Source: Chiayiivirga sp.
GTDB lineage: Bacteria; Pseudomonadota; Gammaproteobacteria; Xanthomonadales; Xanthomonadaceae
Direction of reading: 5' to 3'
Length of the DNA: 64,000 nucleotides
Assembly: GCA_035703435.1 (NCBI GenBank)
Contig: DASSYF010000016.1
Coordinates: 5,429-69,428, forward strand
This document shows, piece by piece, positions 58,188 to 64,000 of the stretch (within the stretch, counting starts at the first letter, position 1; each line of letters opens with the position of its first letter). The translations under genes and the position numbers were made by a program. A model generated the notes under the pieces. The model had not been told where the DNA came from. It was given only the letters and a program-made list of their open reading frames with translations, and made no database searches.

Positions 58188-61100
58188 GTGAAACCCATCA
58201 TCAGTCCCGAGCTTGTGCCCGGCGGCTCGTCGTTGTCGCCACTGGTTCCCTTGTACGCCTGTGATGAAGGGCAACATCTGGCCGATTTGCTGGACCAGGC
58301 GCGCGTCGATACGGAAGTCCAAGCCGGCATCCAGCGCACCGCCGAGCAGTTGGTGGTGCGGGTGCGTGCCAAGGCCGAAGATCAAGGCGTGATCGAAGCC
58401 TTCATGCGCCAGTACGACCTGTCGAGCGAGGAAGGCGTGCTCTTGATGTGCGTGGCCGAAGCCTTGCTGCGCATCCCCGATCAGGAAACTGCCGACAAGC
58501 TCATCCGCGACAAGCTCGGTGATGCCGACTGGGAAAGCCACCTCGGCAAGAGTGATTCGGTGCTCGTCAATGCCTCGACCTGGGGCCTGATGTTGACCGG
58601 CAAGCTGGTGAACCTCGCGTCCGATACCCGCCGCAGCTTTGCCGATGCCATGCGCCGTCTGGTCGGCCGCGCAGGCGAGCCGGTGATTCGATTGGCGGTG
58701 CGTCAGGCCATGCGCATCATGGGCCATCAGTTCGTGATGGGTCGCAGCATCGAAGAAGCGCTGAAGCGCTCGGTGCGCCGCGACAATGCCGCCTACCGGC
58801 ATTCCTACGACATGCTGGGCGAAGCCGCACTCACCCAGGCCGATGCGGATCGTTACCTGGAGGCCTACCGCATGGCGATCCTCGCCATCGGTCGCAGCGG
58901 CCCCAACGGCAGCTTCCGGGGCACTGATGTGTTCGCCGCGCCCAGCATCTCGATCAAGCTTTCGGCCCTGCATCCTCGTTACGAAGTGGCGAAGCGCGCG
59001 CGGGTGATGAACGAACTGGCGCCGCGTGTGCTGGAGCTGGCCAAGTTGGCGCGAATGCAGGGCATCGGCTACACCATCGATGCCGAAGAAGCCGATCGCC
59101 TGGAACTGAGTCTGGAACTGATCGAACGGGTGTATTCGGACAACGCCCTCAACGGTTGGGAAGGCTTGGGTCTGGCCATCCAGGCCTATCAAAAACGCAC
59201 GCCGGCCACGATCGATTGGCTGATCGCGCTGGCACGGCGCGTGGGCCGGCGCATCCCGGTGCGTCTGGTGAAAGGCGCGTACTGGGATTCGGAAATCAAA
59301 CGCGCGCAAGTCGATGGCCACGCCGGCTATCCCGTGTTCACGCGCAAGCCCAACACCGATGTCAGTTACCTCGCCTGTGCCCGCAAGATGCTGGCGGCCA
59401 CCGATGCGCTGTATCCGATGTTTGCCAGCCACAATGCCCAGACCATCGCCGCGGTCGATGGCTTCGCGCGTCTGACGCTGGGCAAGAGCGGCGGCGGTTC
59501 CTCCTCGCGCTATGAATTTCAGCGCCTGCACGGCATGGGTCAAGACCTGCACGACGAAGTGGTGTCCCCCAACGCGCTCGACACACCTTGCCGCGTGTAC
59601 GCGCCGGTCGGTAGCCACGAGGACTTGTTGCCCTACCTCGTGCGTCGCCTTCTGGAAAACGGCGCCAACTCCAGCTTCGTCAATCGCATCACCGATCCCG
59701 ATGTGCCGCCCGCCGAACTGGTCGCCGACCCGGTGGCCACCGTGTCAGGTTTCGATTTCAAACCCCACCCACGCATCCCGCAGCCTGTCGCCTTGTATGG
59801 CGAGGAAAGGAAGAACTCCATGGGCATCAATTTCGCCAACGACAACGAACTGCGCCAACTGGCCGAACAGATCAACGCCAGTCTGGGCACTTGGGCTGCC
59901 ACACCGTTGGTGCCGGGCGCCCAGTCCACGGCGGCCACGACCGCCGTGTTAAATCCCGCCAGTCGCCGCGAACAAGTCGGCACCTGGCAGGCCAGCGACG
60001 CGGCGACGGTCGAGCGTGCCCTGAGCAATGCCGTGGCGGCGCAGCCGGCGTGGGATGGATTGCCCGCCGCCTCGCGCGCCAAGATTCTCGAACACGCCGC
60101 CGACCTCTTGCAGGAACGCCTGCCCCAGTTCGTCGCGCTGTGCGTGAAAGAAGCCGGCAAGACGCTGCCCGATTGCATCGCCGAGGTGCGCGAGGCGGTC
60201 GATTTCCTGCGCTACTACGCGCAACAGGCGCGGCGCATGTTGGCCCAACCGGAAACCCTACCGGGCCCGACCGGCGAGTCCAACGAACTACACCTGCACG
60301 GGCGCGGCGTGTTCGTCTGCATCAGCCCCTGGAACTTCCCGCTGGCGATCTTTGCGGGGCAAGTCGCGGCGGCCCTGGTTGCCGGCAACGCCGTCATCGC
60401 CAAGCCTGCCGAACAGACCAACCTCGTCGGCTTCGCCATGGTGAAGCTCCTGCATGAAGCCGGCGTCCCGCCTGAGGTCGTGCAGTTCGTGCCCGGCGAT
60501 GGCGCCAGCGTCGGTGCCAAGCTCACCGCCGATGCGCGCGTGGCGGGTGTAGCCTTTACCGGCTCCACCGAAACCGCCCGCGCCATCAACCGCGCCCTGG
60601 CCGCGCGCGATGCCGCCATTGGCGTCTTGATCGCCGAGACCGGCGGCCAGAACGCCATGATCGCTGACTCCTCGGCACTGCCCGAGCAACTGGTGAAGGA
60701 TGTCATCGGCGGCGCCTTCGGTTCGGCCGGCCAACGCTGCTCGGCGACCCGCATCCTGTTCGTGCAGCGCGATGTCTCGGACAAGGTGATCGGCATGTTG
60801 GCCGGCGCGATGAAGGAGCTCAAGGTCGGTGACCCGGGACTCCTGTCCACCGACATCGGCCCGGTGATCGATGCCGACGCACTGGCCGTGCTGGAAGCTC
60901 ACGCCGATCGCATGGACAAGGAAGCCTGGCCGATCGGCAAGGTGGAGTTGGGTGGCGATACCTCGGATGGCACCTTCTTCGCCCCGCGTGCCTACGAGAT
61001 CGACTCGCTCGATCGCCTGCAACGCGAAGTCTTCGGGCCGGTGCTGCACGTGATTCGTTACGACGCCGACAAACTCGACACGGTGATCGATGCCATCAAC

Positions 61101-61376
61101 GCCACCGGCTACGGCCTGACGCTCGGTATCCACAGCCGCATCGACGAAACCGTGCAACGCATCGCCAGCCGCGTGCGCGCCGGCAACTGCTACGTCAATC
61201 GCAACATGATTGGCGCGGTGGTCGGTGTGCAGCCCTTCGGTGGTGAAGGCCTGTCCGGCACCGGCCCCAAGGCCGGCGGCCCGCATTACCTCGCCCGTTT
61301 CTGCACCGAACGCACCTTGACCATCAACACCACCGCGGCCGGCGGCAATGCCTCGCTGCTGACCCTGGCGGATTGA
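58188..61376 (+). CDS. putA: Bifunctional proline dehydrogenase / P5C dehydrogenase
   Basis: '[11 protein letters not shown]', 'RLVKGAYWD', '[15 protein letters not shown]', 'AETGGQN', 'AGQRCSA'; GTG start with GGAG. Confidence 0.97.
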   Translation: MKPIISPELVPGGSSLSPLVPLYACDEGQHLADLLDQARVDTEVQAGIQRTAEQLVVRVRAKAEDQGVIEAFMRQYDLSSEEGVLLMCVAEALLRIPDQETADKLIRDKLGDADWESHLGKSDSVLVNASTWGLMLTGKLVNLASDTRRSFADAMRRLVGRAGEPVIRLAVRQAMRIMGHQFVMGRSIEEALKRSVRRDNAAYRHSYDMLGEAALTQADADRYLEAYRMAILAIGRSGPNGSFRGTDVFAAPSISIKLSALHPRYEVAKRARVMNELAPRVLELAKLARMQGIGYTIDAEEADRLELSLELIERVYSDNALNGWEGLGLAIQAYQKRTPATIDWLIALARRVGRRIPVRLVKGAYWDSEIKRAQVDGHAGYPVFTRKPNTDVSYLACARKMLAATDALYPMFASHNAQTIAAVDGFARLTLGKSGGGSSSRYEFQRLHGMGQDLHDEVVSPNALDTPCRVYAPVGSHEDLLPYLVRRLLENGANSSFVNRITDPDVPPAELVADPVATVSGFDFKPHPRIPQPVALYGEERKNSMGINFANDNELRQLAEQINASLGTWAATPLVPGAQSTAATTAVLNPASRREQVGTWQASDAATVERALSNAVAAQPAWDGLPAASRAKILEHAADLLQERLPQFVALCVKEAGKTLPDCIAEVREAVDFLRYYAQQARRMLAQPETLPGPTGESNELHLHGRGVFVCISPWNFPLAIFAGQVAAALVAGNAVIAKPAEQTNLVGFAMVKLLHEAGVPPEVVQFVPGDGASVGAKLTADARVAGVAFTGSTETARAINRALAARDAAIGVLIAETGGQNAMIADSSALPEQLVKDVIGGAFGSAGQRCSATRILFVQRDVSDKVIGMLAGAMKELKVGDPGLLSTDIGPVIDADALAVLEAHADRMDKEAWPIGKVELGGDTSDGTFFAPRAYEIDSLDRLQREVFGPVLHVIRYDADKLDTVIDAINATGYGLTLGIHSRIDETVQRIASRVRAGNCYVNRNMIGAVVGVQPFGGEGLSGTGPKAGGPHYLARFCTERTLTINTTAAGGNASLLTLAD

Positions 61377-61399
61377 GCCTCACCGACGGCCTGCCTCGC

Positions 61400-61759
61400 A
61401 TGGAAATCTTCAAACGCTTCCACATCGAAGCCGCCCACCGCCTGCCGAACGTACCGGCAGGCCACAAGTGCGCGCGCCTGCACGGGCATTCGTTCCTGGT
61501 GGAAATCCACGTGGCCGGCGAGCCCGGCCCGGATACTGGCTGGGTGATGGACTTTGCCGACTTGAAGCGCGCCTTCCAACCGATCTTCGATCAACTCGAT
61601 CACCACTACCTCAACGAGATCGCCGGCCTGGAAAACCCCACCAGCGAAAACCTCGCGCGCTGGATCTGGAATCGACTCAAGCCGGCCCTGCCCGAGTTGT
61701 CGGCGGTGGTGGTCAACGAGACCTGCACCTCGGGCTGCATCTACCGCGGCGCGGTTTGA
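61400..61759 (+). CDS. queD: 6-carboxy-5,6,7,8-tetrahydropterin synthase
   Basis: 'EAAHRLP..P.GHKC.RLHGHS', 'NPTSENLA', 'ETCTSGC'. Confidence 0.95.
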   Translation: MEIFKRFHIEAAHRLPNVPAGHKCARLHGHSFLVEIHVAGEPGPDTGWVMDFADLKRAFQPIFDQLDHHYLNEIAGLENPTSENLARWIWNRLKPALPELSAVVVNETCTSGCIYRGAV

Positions 61760-61867
61760 GCGCAACGCTCGTGAGCGGCTATGTCTGTTGCATCGCAACA
61801 GGCATGGTGGTCGCGCCTGACCGGCAAACCCCTTGTGTCAAGGAACATCCGATCAAGTCGAAACGTG

Positions 61868-61953
61868 GTCATTGCGAGCGAAGCGAAGCAATCCATGTCT
61901 TTGATTTGTCGAACATCCATGGATTGCCGCGTCGCTGCGCTCCTCGCAATGAC
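61868..61953. repeat. Palindromic intergenic element GTCATTGCGAG...GCAATCC / GGATTGC...CTCGCAATGAC
   Basis: Long imperfect inverted repeat of a widespread MITE/REP-like family. Confidence 0.75.
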
Positions 61954-62015
61954 GGCATGTTCTGACGTTCCTTCAGCAACTTTGAACGAACCGGAAACAG
62001 GCCCTGGATGGTTTA

Positions 62016-62032
62016 TGTTGCAATGCACAAAA
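62016..62032 (+). promoter_or_regulatory. PhaR-type operator candidate upstream of the phasin gene
   Basis: TGTTGCAATGCACAAAA, AT-rich, about 50 bp before ATG. Confidence 0.4.
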
Positions 62033-62081
62033 CTTTGATCTAAGCTATGTCCACTGTCCATTCAACCGAAAGGGATCTGTC

Positions 62082-62474
62082 ATGTCCGATCTGTTCAATT
62101 CCAATCCGTTTGCTTCCTCGGCCCGTCAGTTCGCCCAGTCGGCGCTGAAGGCCAATTCGCTGGCGTTCGAAGGCTTCGAGAACATCGTCAAGCTGCAGCT
62201 CCAGACCGTCGAAAGCAGCTTCAAGTCTTCCGTTGCGTTCCTGACCGAAGCCGCTGACGTGGCCGATCTGGAAAGCGCCAAGACCATCTGGCCGAAGGGC
62301 GCGAGCTTGGTCAAGGATTCGTCCGAGCAGCTCTATGCCACCAGCCAGCAGGTGTTCGGCCAGGCGCTCAAGACCTCCGAAGCCATCGGCCAGCTCTATC
62401 GTGACCAGTTCCAAGCTGCCAACGACAGCTTGGTCAAGGTTGCCAACAAGGCCAAGAAGGCCGCTGCAATCTGA
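62082..62474 (+). CDS. Phasin family protein (PHA granule-associated)
   Basis: 'AFEGFENIVKLQLQ', Ala/Lys-rich tail. Confidence 0.8.
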   Translation: MSDLFNSNPFASSARQFAQSALKANSLAFEGFENIVKLQLQTVESSFKSSVAFLTEAADVADLESAKTIWPKGASLVKDSSEQLYATSQQVFGQALKTSEAIGQLYRDQFQAANDSLVKVANKAKKAAAI

Positions 62475-62540
62475 TTCAACGCACCCTGTCAGGTACGTGC
62501 ACCGCCGCTTCCCTCCCTCATTGGCGGCGGTGCCCTCCCA

Positions 62541-62569
62541 CCGGCGGACTCAGGTCTGCCGGTTTTTTT
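62541..62569 (+). terminator. Phasin terminator
   Basis: CCGGCGGAC-tcag-GTCTGCCGG-TTTTTT. Confidence 0.7.
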
Positions 62570-62599
62570 ATGCCCTCTCGTTGCGGCAAGCCTGCACGG

Positions 62600-63616
62600 T
62601 CAGTGCGCTGGCGTAGACGCTGGCACCGGCGCAGCATCGATCTCCACATCCACTCGCAAGCCGATGGGCAGGGGCGCGCCGGGGTCGAGGTCGATCATGG
62701 CTTCGAGGGTCTTGGCATCGCGGCGCTGGGCTGGATCATCGGAAAGAATGCTGCGCGTGCCCATGCGTCGCGCCAGACGGCTGACGCGACCGGCAAATGT
62801 CTGACGCGGGAAGGCGTCCGAGCTGACCGATGCCCGTGCGCCCACGGCCACGCGGGCAAGGTCGAGTTCGTCGATTTCGGCGCGTACCCTCAGCCCGCTC
62901 AGATCACCGATGGCGACCAACGGTTCGGGTGAGAGCGCGGTGACGGTTTCCCCGGCATTCAACACACGCTTGAGCACCACGCCGGCGATGGGTGCGCGGA
63001 TGCGGGTCTTTTCCAGTTCGGCGGTGGCGCGCTGAACCTGCGCCTGCGCCATGGCAAGGGCGGCTTGCGCGGCGGCGATGTCCTCCGTGCGCGTGCCGGC
63101 CAACAACAGATCGAGCTGGGCCCTGTTGCGTTCGCTCGCGGCGCGCGCGGTGGCGGCGCGGGTGCGGGCGTCCTCCAGCAATTCTTGTGACACCAGCTTC
63201 TTCTCGGCCATGTGCTGACGCCGTTCGAGTTCGGTTTGTGCCTGCTGCGCCAAGGCGGCGGCCTCGTCGCTGGCGGCGCGTGCGGCGCGAATTTCTTCTG
63301 CGCGTGCACCGTTTTGCAGGCGAGACAATTCGGCCTCCATGCGTCGCACATCGGCCTCGGTCGCCGCCACGATGGCGCGCTGTTCGGCATTTTCGAGTTC
63401 AGCCAGCAACTGCCCGGCCTTGACTACATCGCCTTCGTCCACCAGCACCCGTTCCACCCGGCCGGTGAGTTGGGGAATGATCAGGCGCTCCTCGCCCACA
63501 GGTTCCACCACGCCGTTGGCGTGCACGCTTTCGCCCAAGGCCACCGGACTGGCGGGTGGCGGTGCGTGCGAGCAGGCCGACAGGGCAACGACCAAGGTGA
63601 ACATCCAGCGTTTCAT
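62600..63616 (-). CDS. Membrane fusion protein (HlyD/DevB-like) of an ABC exporter
   Basis: Lipobox 'LSAC'; 'V.RVLVDEGDVVKAGQLLAEL', 'IRAPIAGVVL'. Confidence 0.9.
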   Translation of the reverse strand: MKRWMFTLVVALSACSHAPPPASPVALGESVHANGVVEPVGEERLIIPQLTGRVERVLVDEGDVVKAGQLLAELENAEQRAIVAATEADVRRMEAELSRLQNGARAEEIRAARAASDEAAALAQQAQTELERRQHMAEKKLVSQELLEDARTRAATARAASERNRAQLDLLLAGTRTEDIAAAQAALAMAQAQVQRATAELEKTRIRAPIAGVVLKRVLNAGETVTALSPEPLVAIGDLSGLRVRAEIDELDLARVAVGARASVSSDAFPRQTFAGRVSRLARRMGTRSILSDDPAQRRDAKTLEAMIDLDPGAPLPIGLRVDVEIDAAPVPASTPAH

Positions 63617-63999
63617 GCGTGGGTTTCCTCACGGTGATGGAGACGACCGTCTTCCAGATGCAGCACACGATCGGCAAAGGCTTCCACACGCGGATCGTGG
63701 CTGACGATGAACAAGGCGCAGCCTTGCTCATGCGCCAGGCGCTGCATGACGCGGACCACGGTCTGTCCGGTTTTGCCATCGAGCGCCGCGGTGGGCTCGT
63801 CAGCGAGAAGGATGCGCGGCTCACCGGCCAGCGCACGCGCGATCGCCACGCGTTGTTTCTGCCCACCCGAGAGTTCAGCCGGAAAACGATCGGCCAACTC
63901 GCCGATTTCCAACAGATCCAGAAGGTGAAGGGCTTGGGAACGCATCGCCGCCTTGGCGACACCTTTGAGATCCAGCGCGATGGCGACATTTTCCCAGGC
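63613..63999 (-). CDS. ABC transporter ATP-binding protein (5'-truncated by window edge)
   Basis: 'LSGGQKQRVAIARAL', 'LADEPTAALD', 'VSHD'. Confidence 0.92.
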   Translation of the reverse strand, partial: AWENVAIALDLKGVAKAAMRSQALHLLDLLEIGELADRFPAELSGGQKQRVAIARALAGEPRILLADEPTAALDGKTGQTVVRVMQRLAHEQGCALFIVSHDPRVEAFADRVLHLEDGRLHHREETHA

Positions 64000-64000
64000 G

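Overview
GC-rich bacterial chromosome segment; gene content and order (rpoD-dtd-lipid A acyltransferase, putA, hppA, DUF2782, DUF349, GGGAATC heptamers, GTAG-type REPs) suggest a Xanthomonadales/Lysobacterales gammaproteobacterium (inference). The left ~8.8 kb is a tandem integration hotspot at the 3' end of an elongator tRNA-Met (8777..8853, minus). It holds a ~5.75 kb capsid-less satellite-like element (P4-type integrase, AlpA, RepB-type primase, small late genes) with readable att, arm sites, operators and possible iterons. Beside it are the remains of an older island (Xre, excisionase, truncated DUF3596-type integrase) and a 5'-truncated SF2 helicase-DUF3427 gene. The rest is mostly core or metabolic genes. 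An accessory stretch at ~27-41 kb carries a PLP decarboxylase, tyrosine phenol-lyase, an SPFH/zinc-ribbon trio and a three-gene cNOR-like cluster with a di-heme NorC. The most unusual observation is a RelE/Xre toxin-antitoxin pair (33010..33577) bracketed by two 28-bp type I-F CRISPR repeats (32901..32928, 33571..33598). No array or cas gene is in the window, and the antitoxin stop codon lies inside the second repeat. All family assignments come from motif recognition, not database searches.
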